Assembly: GCA_963708025.1 (NCBI GenBank)
Contig: CAVPSB010000032.1
Span: 288,001-352,000, forward strand
Source of the DNA: an uncultured Candidatus Rokubacteria bacterium
GTDB lineage: Bacteria > Methylomirabilota > Methylomirabilia > Rokubacteriales > DASRDR01
Length of the DNA: 64,000 nt
Reading direction: 5' to 3'
Part shown: positions 30,495-40,694 of the stretch, one piece after another
Layout of the letters: every line of letters begins with the position of its first letter
Numbering within the stretch: position 1 is the first letter of the stretch
Program-made: the position numbers and the translations under genes
Notes under the pieces: model-generated
What the model saw: the letters and a program-made list of their open reading frames with translations, nothing else
Told to the model about the DNA's origin: nothing
The model's database searches: none

Positions 30495-32857
30495 GGGACC
30501 CCTCCGCCGGCCCCCGCCTCGCGGGCGGCCTCGATCAGCCCCAGCACCGGCGACGGGCCGAGCGGGGCCCGGGTGACGCGAACCCCGAAGGGCCGGAGGG
30601 CGTCCTCCACCGCGTTGGCGATGGCCGCCGGCGGCGAGATGGCCCCACCCTCGCCGACGCCCTTGATGCCGAGGGGGTTGCGGGGCGACGGGAACTCGAG
30701 GTGGACGGTCTCGATCGGCGGCAGCTCCATCGCCGTCGGGACGAGGTAGTCCATGAAGGTCCCGGTGAGGAGCTGGCCCTGCTCGTCGTAGACCATCTCC
30801 TCCAGGAGCCCGCCGCCCACGCCCTGGGCGACGCCGCCGTGGATCTGTCCCTCGACGATCATCGGGTTGATCAGACGGCCGCAGTCGTGGGCGACCACGT
30901 AGCGCAGGAGGCGGACGGCGCCGGTGCCCGCGTCGACCTCGACGACGGCGACGTGCACCGCGCTCGTGTACGTGACGGTGGGCTGGTGGTGATAGACCGT
31001 CGCCTCGAAGTCGGGCGAGACCGCGCCGGGCCGGGCGAAGGTCGGCAGCGACCCCTGGATCACGCGCGCCAGCGGGAGCGCCGCGCCGGGGGCGCCCCGC
31101 ACCGAGGCCACGCCGTCGGCGATCTCGATGTCGGCGGGCGCGGCTTCCAGGAGCGCGGCCGCCGCGGCCGCCAGCTTCTCCCGCACCCGGGTGGCGGCGA
31201 CGTGGATCGAGCTGCCGGCGTTGACCGCGCTCCGGCTGGCGAAGGTGCCCACCCCGAACGGGATCGCCGCGGTGTCGCCGCCCACCACGGTGACCCAGTC
31301 GAGCGGGATCCCCAGCGCGTCGGCGGCGACCTGCGCGAAGGAGGTCTCGTGCCCCTGCCCCTGGCTGGCGGCCCCGGTGGCCACCACCGCCCGGCCGGAG
31401 GCGTCCATCCTCACCGTCGCCCCCTCGTAGGGGCCGATGGCCGTGCCCTCGACGTAGCCCGAGATCCCGATGCCGCGATAGATCCCCCGCGCCCACAGCT
31501 CGGCCTGCTCGCGGCGGCGCGCGTCGTAGTCGACGGCCGCCAGCGCCGCCTCGAGGTCGGCCCGGAAGTCACCGCTGTCGTAGACGAGCCGGTTGCCGTC
31601 GCGATAGGGGATGTCCAGCTCGTAGGGCAGGTCGGCCGCGGTCAGGTAGTTCCTCCGCCGGAGCTCGGCGGGGTCCAGGCCGAGCTCGCGGGCCAGGCAG
31701 TCGACGATCCGGTCCATGGCGAAGACCGTCTCGGGGCGGCCGGCGCCCCGGTAGGGCGCACTCGGGGTCTTGTTGGTGACGACGCCCCGGCACTCCACGG
31801 CGAAGTGAGGGATCCGGTGCGGCCCCAGGAGATGCGCCACCGTGTTGTAGGGCAGCACGATGCCCCACGTGTTGTAGGCGCCGAGGTCCACCCAGATCCG
31901 GTCGCGCACCGCGAGCATGGTCCCGTCCCGGCGGGCCGCGATGGCGATGTCGTGGACCTGGTGCCGCGCGTGCGCCGCGGCCATCATGTGCTCGCGCCGG
32001 TCCTCCGTCCACTTCACCGGCCGCCGGCACACGATCGCCGCCACCGGGACCAGGAGGTCCTCCGGGTACCCGTTGGCCTTGGTGCCGAAGCCCCCGCCCA
32101 CGTCGGGGGCGATGACCCGGATCTTGTGAGGTGGCAGCCCGAGCGCGCTCACGAGCCCCTGCTGGACGAAGTGGACCACCTGGGTCGCGTTCCAGGTGGT
32201 GAGGCTCCCATCGCCGGGGTCCCAGCGGGCCACCACCCCCCGGGTCTCGATCGGCATGCCCACGTAGCGCTGGACGTGGAAGCGCTCCTGGACCCGCACG
32301 TCGGCCTCGCGGAACGCGGCCTCGACGTCACCGAAGCCGGTCGCGAAGTGCACGGCCACGTTGTCGCCCCACTCGGCGTGGATCAGGGGACTCCCCGCCT
32401 CGCACGCCGCCAGCATGTCCACGACCGGCGGCAGCGGCTCGTACTCCACCTCGACGAGATCGCCGGCGTCCTCGGCCACCGCTCGGCTCTCCGCCACCAC
32501 CATGGCCACGATCTCACCCACGTAGCGGACGACGTCCTTGCCGAGGGCGAGCTGGGAGACCTGCTTCATCCGGACGTCCACGCGGGCGCCGAGCCCGGGG
32601 GGGATCGCGCCAAAAAGCGGGAGGGGCTTCATCCAGCGCGCCAGGTCGTCGAAGGTGAAGACGCGGACGACGCCCGGTAGGGCGGCCGCGACCCCGGCGC
32701 GGATCGTCCGGATCCGGGCGTGGGCGTGGGGGCTCCGGACGAAGGCCGCGTGGAGCAGGCCGGGCAGCTTGATGTCGTCCACGTACCGGCCCTCGCCCCG
32801 CAGCAGACGCGGGTCCTCCTTTCGCACCACCGACGCCCCGAAATACCTGGCCCCCAT
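30491..32857 (-). CDS. Xanthine dehydrogenase family molybdopterin subunit (CoxL form II-like)
   Basis: VGGGFGTK, PYRGAGRPE, GQGHET, GQIHGGVAQG, KGVGE. Confidence 0.93.
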   Translation of the reverse strand: MGARYFGASVVRKEDPRLLRGEGRYVDDIKLPGLLHAAFVRSPHAHARIRTIRAGVAAALPGVVRVFTFDDLARWMKPLPLFGAIPPGLGARVDVRMKQVSQLALGKDVVRYVGEIVAMVVAESRAVAEDAGDLVEVEYEPLPPVVDMLAACEAGSPLIHAEWGDNVAVHFATGFGDVEAAFREADVRVQERFHVQRYVGMPIETRGVVARWDPGDGSLTTWNATQVVHFVQQGLVSALGLPPHKIRVIAPDVGGGFGTKANGYPEDLLVPVAAIVCRRPVKWTEDRREHMMAAAHARHQVHDIAIAARRDGTMLAVRDRIWVDLGAYNTWGIVLPYNTVAHLLGPHRIPHFAVECRGVVTNKTPSAPYRGAGRPETVFAMDRIVDCLARELGLDPAELRRRNYLTAADLPYELDIPYRDGNRLVYDSGDFRADLEAALAAVDYDARRREQAELWARGIYRGIGISGYVEGTAIGPYEGATVRMDASGRAVVATGAASQGQGHETSFAQVAADALGIPLDWVTVVGGDTAAIPFGVGTFASRSAVNAGSSIHVAATRVREKLAAAAAALLEAAPADIEIADGVASVRGAPGAALPLARVIQGSLPTFARPGAVSPDFEATVYHHQPTVTYTSAVHVAVVEVDAGTGAVRLLRYVVAHDCGRLINPMIVEGQIHGGVAQGVGGGLLEEMVYDEQGQLLTGTFMDYLVPTAMELPPIETVHLEFPSPRNPLGIKGVGEGGAISPPAAIANAVEDALRPFGVRVTRAPLGPSPVLGLIEAAREAGAGGGVP

Positions 32858-32860
32858 CGC

Positions 32861-33565
32861 TCAGCCGCCGAGGTAGGCCCGCTTGACGTGCTCGTTCTCG
32901 AGCAGATCCGGCGCCGGGCCCTCGAGCGTGATGCGACCGGTTTCCATGACGTAGGCGCGGGTCGCCATCCGGAGGGCCAGGAACGCGTTCTGCTCCACCA
33001 TGAACACCGTCGTACCGTCCTTCCGGATCTCGGCGATGATGCCGAACGTCGCCTCCACCACCGCCGGCGCCAGCCCCAGGGACGGCTCGTCGAAGAGGAT
33101 CAGCCGGGGTCGCGCCATGAGGACCCGGCCGATGGCGAGCATCTGCTGCTCGCCACCGGAGAGCGTGCCCGCCGCCTGGCGGCGCCGCTCGGCCAGGATC
33201 GGGAAGTGCGCGAGGACCCGCTCGAGGTCGGCGGCCACGCCCCGCGCGTCGGTCCGGACGTAGGCGCCCATCGCCAGGTTCTCCCGCACGGTCAGGTGGG
33301 GGAAGACGCGGCGGCCCTCGGGGCAGTGGGCGATCCCGCGCCGCAGGATCTCCTGGGGCGACAGGCCCTGGATCTCCCGCCCCTCGAAGACGATGCGCCC
33401 GGCGGTGGGGCGCAGGAGACCCGAGATCGTCTTGAGCGTCGTCGTCTTCCCCGCTCCGTTGGCCCCGACGAGGCACACGAGGTCGCCCCGGCCGACCTCG
33501 ATGGTCACGCGGGTGAGGACCCCGAGCCGGCCGTAGCCGGCCGAGACCGCCTCAAGCCGCAGCAT
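32861..33565 (-). CDS. HAAT ABC transporter ATP-binding protein (LivF-like)
   Basis: GANGAGKTT, PEGRRVF, LSGGEQQMLAI, DEPSLGLAP, VEQN. Confidence 0.92.
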   Translation of the reverse strand: MLRLEAVSAGYGRLGVLTRVTIEVGRGDLVCLVGANGAGKTTTLKTISGLLRPTAGRIVFEGREIQGLSPQEILRRGIAHCPEGRRVFPHLTVRENLAMGAYVRTDARGVAADLERVLAHFPILAERRRQAAGTLSGGEQQMLAIGRVLMARPRLILFDEPSLGLAPAVVEATFGIIAEIRKDGTTVFMVEQNAFLALRMATRAYVMETGRITLEGPAPDLLENEHVKRAYLGG

Positions 33566-34319
33566 GGCCGGCGCCGAGATAGGCGCGGATGACGTCGGGG
33601 TCCCGCTGCACCGCCGCCGGCGGCCCGTCGGCGATGAGCCGGCCGTGGTTCAGGACCAGCACCCGGTCCGAGATGCCCATGACCAGACGCATGTCGTGCT
33701 CGACGACGAGGACGGTGACGCCCCCGTCGGCGATCCGGCGGACGAGCGCGGCCACCGCGGCCTTCTCGGAGAGCGTCATGCCCGAGGCCGGCTCGTCGAG
33801 CAAGAGGAGCTTCGGCCCGGCGGCCAGCGCCACCGCCAGCTCGACCCGGCGCTGGTCGCCGAAGGAGAGGTCGCCCGCGACCTCGTTCCGCTTGGCGCCG
33901 AGCCCCACCGTCTCGAGCAGCGCCGCCGCCGCCTCCCGCAGCCGCCGCTCCTCGTCCCGGACCCGGGTCCGGGCGAGCAGCGCCGCCGCGAGGCCGGTGC
34001 GGCCGCGGAGATGGAGCCCGGTGAGGACGTTCTCCACCACGGTGAGCGCGGGGAAGACGCTCGTCTTCTGGAACGTCCGCACCAGGCCCAGCGCCGCGAT
34101 CCGGCAGGGGCGCCAGCGCGTGATCGGCGTGCCCCCCCAGAGGACTCGCCCGGCGGTCGGCGACTGGAAGCCGGTGATCACGTTGAAGGCGGTGGTCTTC
34201 CCGGCCCCGTTCGGCCCGATCAGGCTGGTGATCCCGCCCGGCCGGACGGCGAAGCTGACGCCGGCCAGGGCGGCCACGCCGCCGAAGCGGACGGTGACGT
34301 CCTCGACGTCGAGGCTCAC
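33552..34319 (-). CDS. HAAT ABC transporter ATP-binding protein (LivG-like)
   Basis: GPNGAGKTT, RTFQ, LDEPASG, VEHDM, VIRAYLG; GTG at 34319. Confidence 0.92.
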   Translation of the reverse strand: MSLDVEDVTVRFGGVAALAGVSFAVRPGGITSLIGPNGAGKTTAFNVITGFQSPTAGRVLWGGTPITRWRPCRIAALGLVRTFQKTSVFPALTVVENVLTGLHLRGRTGLAAALLARTRVRDEERRLREAAAALLETVGLGAKRNEVAGDLSFGDQRRVELAVALAAGPKLLLLDEPASGMTLSEKAAVAALVRRIADGGVTVLVVEHDMRLVMGISDRVLVLNHGRLIADGPPAAVQRDPDVIRAYLGAGHAAA

Positions 34320-35284
34320 GCGGCCCCCGGGCCCGGGCGCCGGCGGGCGGCCCACCGATCGGCCAGCTCGGGCACGATGCCGCGCGGCAGGAAGAAGAGC
34401 GTGGCGATCAGGAGTATCCCGTACAGCAGCATCTGCCACTGCCACGAGGTGACGGCCCGCAGCGCTTCCGGCAGCACGGTGAAGGCCACCGCGCCGACGA
34501 TGGGGCCGGCCAGCGTGCCCTTCCCGCCGGCCACCACCATGATCACCATGGTGACGGTGTACGTGAAGAGGAAGACCTCCGGGCTCACGAAGCGGGTGTA
34601 GTGCGCGTACAGCCCGCCGCCGGCGCCGGCCATGCCGGCGCTGATGACCGCCGCCAGCACCAGGTAGTGGGTTCCGTCGATCCCCACCGACTCGGCGAGA
34701 GCCTCGTTCTCGCGGAGGGCGACCAGCGCCCGTCCCGGACGCGAGTGGACGAGGCGGCGGCAGGCGCCGTAGCACAGGATCACCGTGACGAGGACCAGGT
34801 AATAGTAGGCGCCCTTGGAGCGGAGCGACACCGCCCCCAGCCCGGGCAGGGCGAGCTCCACCGGCGGGATCCCCGGCAGGCCGAGGGGCCCGTTGGTCAG
34901 GTCCATCCAGTTCACGCTCACCAGCGACACGACGCCCGCGAAGCTGATGGTCAGCAGGACGAAGTAGGCGCCGCGCAGCTTGAGGGCGAGCCGGCCGATG
35001 GCGAAGCCGGCCAGGGCCGGCAGGAGGATCGCCGCCAGGAGCCCGAGCCACGGCGAGCACTCGAGCCTGAGCGTGAGGAGGGCACTGGCGTAGGCCCCGA
35101 TGCCGAAGAAGGCCGCGTGGCCCAGGGAGAGCTGGCCCGTGTAGCCGAGGAGGAGGTTCAGGCTCAAGGCCAGGACGGCGAAGATCCCGGCCATGATGAG
35201 CGTGTGGAGGTGGTAGGGGTTCCAGACCCAGAGCGGCGCGGTGCCGGCCACGCCCAGCACGGCCACGGGCCCGATCCACCTCAT
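34316..35284 (-). CDS. HAAT ABC permease (LivM-like)
   Basis: GYTGQLSLGHAAFFGIGAY, LRGAYF.L.T, A.RENE.LAES.G. Confidence 0.92.
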   Translation of the reverse strand: MRWIGPVAVLGVAGTAPLWVWNPYHLHTLIMAGIFAVLALSLNLLLGYTGQLSLGHAAFFGIGAYASALLTLRLECSPWLGLLAAILLPALAGFAIGRLALKLRGAYFVLLTISFAGVVSLVSVNWMDLTNGPLGLPGIPPVELALPGLGAVSLRSKGAYYYLVLVTVILCYGACRRLVHSRPGRALVALRENEALAESVGIDGTHYLVLAAVISAGMAGAGGGLYAHYTRFVSPEVFLFTYTVTMVIMVVAGGKGTLAGPIVGAVAFTVLPEALRAVTSWQWQMLLYGILLIATLFFLPRGIVPELADRWAARRRPGPGAA

Positions 35285-36153
35285 CCGACGCGAGCCGCCC
35301 GCGCGAACAGGCCGGAGGGCCGGACCAGCAGCATGGCCACGATGATGACGAACCCGACGGCGTCCCGGTAGCCGGAGGAGACGTAGCCGGCCCCCAGCTC
35401 CTCGGCGATCCCCAGGAGGAGCCCGCCGGCGGCGGCGCCCGCGAAGTTGCCGAGCCCCCCCAGGATCACGACCGAGAAGGCCTTGAGCGCGGCCAGGTCA
35501 CCCATCGACGGGTTGACGAGGAACACCGGACCCAGGAGCGCCCCGGCCGCCGCCGCCAGGCCGGCGCCGAGAGCGAAGGTGAGGGTGTGGATGCGCTCGA
35601 CGCTCACCCCCATCAGCGCGGCGGTCTCGCGGTCCTGGAACGTGGCCCGCATGGCCGTGCCGAGCTTGGTCCGCGCGAGGAGGAGGTGGGCGCCCACGAT
35701 CAGGAGCGCCGACATGGCGAAGACGAACAGGCGGAGCGGCGCCACGGAGACCGGGCCGATCACGATGGGATCGGTGGCAAACGGGGTGGGGACGCTCTTG
35801 GCCACCCCGCCCCAGACCAGGAGCTCCGCGTTCTGGAGGGCGATCCAGAGGCCGATCATGACCAGCATGGTGGTGTCGATGGAGGCGGCGCCGAGCGGCC
35901 GGAGCAGCAGCCGCTCGCACGCCGCGCCCACCAGCATCCCGGCCACGAGCGCCAGCGGGATGGCGAGGGCGAAGGGCACGGACGCCAGGTCGAGCGCCGC
36001 GAACGTGGCGTAGGCCCCGAGCGTGTAGAACTCCCCGTGGGCGAAGTTCACCACGTTCATCAGGCCGAAGACCAGGGTGAGGCCGATCCCGAGCAAGCTG
36101 TACGTGCTCCCCAGCAGGAGCCCGTTCAGCAGGTGCTGGAGAAGCGCCTCCAC
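35281..36153 (-). CDS. HAAT ABC permease (LivH-like)
   Basis: GLTLVFG..NVVNFAHGEFY, A.LMGV, VILGGLG, RPSGLF. Confidence 0.92.
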   Translation of the reverse strand: MEALLQHLLNGLLLGSTYSLLGIGLTLVFGLMNVVNFAHGEFYTLGAYATFAALDLASVPFALAIPLALVAGMLVGAACERLLLRPLGAASIDTTMLVMIGLWIALQNAELLVWGGVAKSVPTPFATDPIVIGPVSVAPLRLFVFAMSALLIVGAHLLLARTKLGTAMRATFQDRETAALMGVSVERIHTLTFALGAGLAAAAGALLGPVFLVNPSMGDLAALKAFSVVILGGLGNFAGAAAGGLLLGIAEELGAGYVSSGYRDAVGFVIIVAMLLVRPSGLFARAARVG

Positions 36154-36180
36154 CCTGACCGTCGTGGGGACGTCGCGCGG

Positions 36181-37368
36181 CTACTTCTTCGCGAGGAACG
36201 CCGGCAGCGCGATCTTGCCGTCCTTGATCTGGACGATGAAGATGCTCGGGCGGCTCTGGCCGCTCTCCTTGCCGGCCGGCCCGTCCTTCTCGAACTGGAT
36301 CGGGCCGTTGACGCCCATGACGTTCACCTTCCACAGCGCGTCGCGGACCGCCTTGGGATCCGGCTTGCCGGCGAGCTTGATGGCCTCGGCGGCCGTGAGG
36401 ATGCCGTCGTGTCCGCGGAAGCCTTCGGTCAGGCCTTCGAACGGATGGCCGCGCTTGCCCCACTCGTCCACGAAGGCCTTGGCCAGCCGGCCATCGGGCA
36501 TCGCCTCCGGGAACCACGGCAGGAAGAACAGGATGTGGTAGGTCCCTTCGGCGGCGGCGCCCGCCTGCTTGATGAGCTGGCTGGGGGACGAGCTGCCGCC
36601 GGTGGTGATGATCCGGCGCGTCAGGCGCTGCTCCTGGGCCTGCTTGAGGACCAGGGTGATCTGCTCGACGCTGGTCGTCACGAACAGCGTGTCGCTACCG
36701 CCCGCCTTGATCTTGGTGATCTGGGCGTTCATGTCGGTGGCCGCCTGATCCATGAACTCGGTGGCGCTGAGCGTCGCGCCGGAGCGCTTGAGCAGGTCCC
36801 CGAAGGCGCTGACGGCGCCACGGCCCCAGTCGGTGTTGACGGCGAGGAAGTCCGCCTGCTTGATGGCCAGGTCCTTCACGTACTTCTCGAGGCCGAGCGC
36901 CTCCATCTCCGAGGGGGGGCTGATCCGGAAGACCCACGGGTTGCCGCGCTTGGTGATGCTGGCCGCGCTCGAGGTCTCCACGATCATCGGCACCCCGTAC
37001 TCCTCGAGCTTCGGCATCGCCGCCAGCGTCATCGAGCTGCCCCAGGCCCCCATGATCACCGGCACCCGGTCACGGACGATCAGCTTCTCGGCGGCGGTGG
37101 CGGCCTCCTTGGGATCGGACTTGTTGTCCTCGATCAGGAGCTGGACCGACCGGCCCAGCACGCCCCCCCGACCGTTGATCCAGTCCCGTCCGATCTCCGC
37201 CCCCATCCGCACGTAGCTGCCGGAGGCCGCCACCGGGCCGGACAGCGGCTGGATCACCCCGATCTTGATCGGCTCGCCTGTCTGGGCGACGGCGGCGAGC
37301 GTGCCGAGGCCGGCCAGGAACACCACGGCCAGAGCGACTGCCTGGATACGCCGCACGGTGTGTCTCAT
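36181..37368 (-). CDS. HAAT ABC substrate-binding protein (LivK-like)
   Basis: Signal peptide, IKIGVIQPLSG, INGRGGVLGR, NPWVFR; ATG at 37368. Confidence 0.92.
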   Translation of the reverse strand: MRHTVRRIQAVALAVVFLAGLGTLAAVAQTGEPIKIGVIQPLSGPVAASGSYVRMGAEIGRDWINGRGGVLGRSVQLLIEDNKSDPKEAATAAEKLIVRDRVPVIMGAWGSSMTLAAMPKLEEYGVPMIVETSSAASITKRGNPWVFRISPPSEMEALGLEKYVKDLAIKQADFLAVNTDWGRGAVSAFGDLLKRSGATLSATEFMDQAATDMNAQITKIKAGGSDTLFVTTSVEQITLVLKQAQEQRLTRRIITTGGSSSPSQLIKQAGAAAEGTYHILFFLPWFPEAMPDGRLAKAFVDEWGKRGHPFEGLTEGFRGHDGILTAAEAIKLAGKPDPKAVRDALWKVNVMGVNGPIQFEKDGPAGKESGQSRPSIFIVQIKDGKIALPAFLAKK

Positions 37369-37470
37369 CGGGGACCTCCCTGAGGACGGGCTGAGAAGTG
37401 AGGGCCTGTCTCCGGACCTCGACGCGATCAGACGGGGACTCAGCGTGCCCGATCCGCGCTTGCGACCGGC

Positions 37471-37541
37471 ATCATCCCGTGTTTCATTTCTCGTGTCAAC
37501 GGAGAAACGAATTGACACCTCCCGAGTCCTTCGGCTAACGT
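37471..37541. promoter_or_regulatory. Back-to-back sigma70-type promoters with a candidate operator
   Basis: Plus strand TTGACA 37512-37517 with TAACGT 37536-37541; minus strand TTGACA 37499-37494 with GATGAT 37476-37471; inverted repeat TTTCTC-N9-GAGAAA 37487-37507. Confidence 0.6.
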
Positions 37542-37672
37542 CAACGGCCGATGACGCCGTCCCCGCTCGTCGCTCCGATCGTCCACGAAGGTCTCGGTGA
37601 TCGAACGGTCTCCCGCCGGCACGCCGCGCGGGTTCTGGAGGACGCGCTGACGGCGGTGCGGGCGGCCGCGTC

Positions 37673-38713
37673 ATGAGCTGGACCCGCTACGCCGCCGCGC
37701 TCGACTCCATCGCCCGGGCGGTGGGCCACACCCCCCTGGTGCGCCTCAATCGGATCACCGCCGGGCTCGCCACCGCGATCTACGTGAAGGTGGAGTGGTA
37801 CGGCGCGACGGGGAGCCTCAAGGACCGCATCTACCTCCACATGTTCGAGCGGGCCGAGCAGCGAGGCGACCTGCGCCCCGGCATGCACGTCCTCGAGTGC
37901 TCGACGGGCAACGCGGGCATCGCCTGCGCCTGGGTGTCCGCCGTCAAGGGCTATCCCTGCACCATCGTCATGCCGGAGGGGATGAGCGAGGAGCGGAAGA
38001 AGATCATGCGAGCCTACGGGGCGGAGCTGGTCTTCACCCCCGGCGGGGAGAGCGACGTGGACCTCTCCCTGGCTCGCCTGGCGGAGATCCGCGCCGCCGA
38101 CCCGCGCCGCTACTGGGTGCCCGGGCAGTTCGACAACCCGGACAACGTCGAGACCCACCTCACCGCCACCGGGCCCGAGATCTGGGAGCAGATGAACGGG
38201 AGGATCGGGGCCTTCGTGGACTCGCAGGGAAGCGGCGGCCTCCTCACCGGCGTGGGTCGGTATCTCCGCCAGCGGGACCCCGGCGTCCGGCTCTACGCGG
38301 TGGAGCCGGCCGAGTGCGCGCTGCTCTCGCGCCGCGCGTGGGGTCCCCACGGTATCGAAGGGATCGGCGACGGCTTCGTGCCGGAGAACCTCGACGTCTC
38401 GCTGCTCACCGGCGTGATCACCACGACCACCGCCGAGAGCGTGGACACCGCCCGCGCGCTGGCCCGCCAGGAGGGGATCTTCTGCGGCATCTCCAGCGGC
38501 TGCAACGTGGCGGCGGCCCTGAAGCTCGCCCGCCGGCACCCCGAGCTGGCCTCGATCGTCACCATCGTGAACGACACCGGGCAACGGTACTTCACCACCC
38601 CGCTCTGCGGGGAGGACAAGCACGTCGACGTCCCCGAGCGCGGCCACCCGCTCGACGCCCGCACGGTCGCCCAGCTCGACCGCTACCAGGCGGGCTGGGA
38701 GCTCATCGCGTGA
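37673..38713 (+). CDS. PLP-dependent cysteine synthase/CBS family protein
   Basis: VGHTPLVRL, TGSLKDR (PLP lysine), STGNAG, QFDNPDN, HGIEGIG, EGIFCGISSG. Confidence 0.88.
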   Translation: MSWTRYAAALDSIARAVGHTPLVRLNRITAGLATAIYVKVEWYGATGSLKDRIYLHMFERAEQRGDLRPGMHVLECSTGNAGIACAWVSAVKGYPCTIVMPEGMSEERKKIMRAYGAELVFTPGGESDVDLSLARLAEIRAADPRRYWVPGQFDNPDNVETHLTATGPEIWEQMNGRIGAFVDSQGSGGLLTGVGRYLRQRDPGVRLYAVEPAECALLSRRAWGPHGIEGIGDGFVPENLDVSLLTGVITTTTAESVDTARALARQEGIFCGISSGCNVAAALKLARRHPELASIVTIVNDTGQRYFTTPLCGEDKHVDVPERGHPLDARTVAQLDRYQAGWELIA

Positions 38714-38749
38714 GGTGGCCGGAGCGGGCCGCGTTCCCGGGATGATCCC

Positions 38750-39712
38750 GTGAGCCCACGCCTGGCCGAGCTGGACTTCCGCGTCGCACGGCAGCGGCTG
38801 GAGGCCAAGCCGAAGTCGGCGGGGCCCAAGCTCGGCCCGCTCGAGGACGCGGTGGCGCGGATCGGCGACGGCGCCCACGTCGCGTTCGGCGGCATCCTCT
38901 ACTCGCGGACGCCGCTCGCCCTGATCCGGGCCATGCTGAGGCGGCGCCCGAAGCACCTGACCATCTCGCGCAACCTCATGTGCTACGAGGGGGAGTGGTG
39001 CATGGTCGCCGGCGCGGTCGACCGCGTGGTGACCTCCTGGATGGGCATCGGGCTGCCGTGGGGCCTGTCCCGGATCATGCGCGAGCACGTGGAGTCGGGC
39101 CGGGTCTTCGTCGAGGAGTGGAGCCACCTCGCGCTCGGCCTCCGCTACCGGGCCGCCGCCATGGGCGTGCCCTTCCTGCCGTCGCTCACGATGCTGGGCT
39201 CGGACCTGATGGCCCTCACGGAGTCGGGCACCGTGACCTGCCCGTACACCGGCGAGACGCTCCACGCGGTGCCGGCGCTCTTCCCCGACGTGGCGCTGAT
39301 CCACGTGCACCGCGCCGACCGCCTCGGCAATTGCCAGATCGACGGCTACCGGCACATGGACGCCGACATCGCGCTGGCCGCCGGCACGGTCCTCGTCACC
39401 GCCGAGGAGATCGTCTCCGAGGAGGAGATCCGGCGCCATCCCGATCGCACCGTGATTCCCGGGTTCGTGGTCGATGCGCTGGCCCACGTACCCTACGGGG
39501 CCTACCCCCACGAGTGCTACGGTCTCTACGACTCGGAGCCGGATCACTTCAGCGAGTACGTGGCCGCCATCCGGGACGCCGGGTCAGAGGGCGTGGCCCG
39601 CTACCTCGACCGCTACGTGTACGGCCCCGCCAGCCACGCCGACTACCTCGCCCTGTTCCCCGACGGCCGGCGGGCCGAGGCAGCGACGCGGGCGCGGGAG
39701 CTGGTCTCGTGA
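38750..39712 (+). CDS. Family I CoA-transferase subunit A (GctA/PcaI-like)
   Basis: EEWSH, RYRAAAMGVPFLP, PDVALIHVHRADRLGN, PYGAYP. Confidence 0.88.
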   Translation: MSPRLAELDFRVARQRLEAKPKSAGPKLGPLEDAVARIGDGAHVAFGGILYSRTPLALIRAMLRRRPKHLTISRNLMCYEGEWCMVAGAVDRVVTSWMGIGLPWGLSRIMREHVESGRVFVEEWSHLALGLRYRAAAMGVPFLPSLTMLGSDLMALTESGTVTCPYTGETLHAVPALFPDVALIHVHRADRLGNCQIDGYRHMDADIALAAGTVLVTAEEIVSEEEIRRHPDRTVIPGFVVDALAHVPYGAYPHECYGLYDSEPDHFSEYVAAIRDAGSEGVARYLDRYVYGPASHADYLALFPDGRRAEAATRARELVS

Positions 39713-40482
39713 GCGCGGTGGCGGGGGTCACCCACAACGAGCTGCTGGCGGTCATGGGCGCGCGACAGCTCCGCGACCATCAGACCGTCTTCACCGGGGT
39801 GGGCGCGCCCATGATGGCCTCGGTGCTGGCCCAGCGGCTCCACGCGCCCCGTCTGACCATGGTGATCGAGGGGGGGATCGTGGGTCCCGAGTGGCGGCCC
39901 GGCTGGCTGCCCATCTCGACGAACGAGATGCGGACCGCTTACCGCGCCCAGATGCTCCTGGCGATCACGGACGCCTTCCTCCTGGCCCAGCGGGGCTTCC
40001 TCGACGTGGGCTTCATCGGCGGCGCCCAGATCGACCGGTTCGGGAACGTCAACAGCAGCTTCATCGGCCCGGTCGCGCGGCCCCGGGTCCGGCTCCCGGG
40101 GAGCGGCGGGGCCAACGACATCGTCTCGCTCTGCCGCGAGGTGATCATCCTGACCGCCCACGAGCCGCGGCGCTTCACGGAGACCGTCGACTTCATCACC
40201 AGCCCCGGCTGGCTCCGGGGCGGCGACTCGCGGCGCCGGAGCGGCCTCCTCTTCGGCGGGGTGACCCGGGTCGTCACCACCCTCGGCATTCTCGGCTTCG
40301 ACCCGGCGAGCCGGCGGATGCGCCTGGAGGCCGTCCATCCCGGGGTGACGGTGGAGCAGGTCCGGGCCAGCACCCCCTTCGACCTGCCGGTGGCCGACCA
40401 CGTGGACACCACGGCGCCGCCCACCGACCAGGAGCTCGCGATCTTGCGCGAGCTCGACCCCGATCGTCGCTTCATCGGCTAG
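39709..40482 (+). CDS. Family I CoA-transferase subunit B (GctB/PcaJ-like)
   Basis: VIEGG (putative catalytic Glu), GGAQIDRFGNVN, RLPGSGGAND, VDFITSPG; GTGA overlap with subunit A. Confidence 0.88.
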   Translation: MSAVAGVTHNELLAVMGARQLRDHQTVFTGVGAPMMASVLAQRLHAPRLTMVIEGGIVGPEWRPGWLPISTNEMRTAYRAQMLLAITDAFLLAQRGFLDVGFIGGAQIDRFGNVNSSFIGPVARPRVRLPGSGGANDIVSLCREVIILTAHEPRRFTETVDFITSPGWLRGGDSRRRSGLLFGGVTRVVTTLGILGFDPASRRMRLEAVHPGVTVEQVRASTPFDLPVADHVDTTAPPTDQELAILRELDPDRRFIG

Positions 40483-40662
40483 CGGCAGGGGCGATGAGCT
40501 TCGCGATGTTCGACCTCGGCCGGGACGCGCTCGGCCTACGGCCTCGCGTCCGTCCCGACCTATGGTCGTCCTCGGTCGTCGCCGATCCTCGGCGTACTCG
40601 GAGTACGCCTCCGGTCGGCTCCTCCCTGCGTCCTAGCGCTGCTCGCTCCTCGCCCCTGCCGC
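40482..40662. repeat. Repeat family A copy 3 (inverted) with terminal inverted repeats
   Basis: GCGGCAGGGGCGA / TCGCCCCTGCCGC ends; GGCGTACTCGGAGTACGCC palindrome. Confidence 0.85.
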
Positions 40663-40694
40663 CGAGACCGTGACTCTCGGTCCGGGAGGATGAT

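Noticed and set aside
30491-32857. Bona fide (form I) aerobic CO dehydrogenase
   Set aside because: Active-site loop is PYRGAGR rather than AYxCSFR, gene order is L-M-S, and no coxDEFG accessory genes are present
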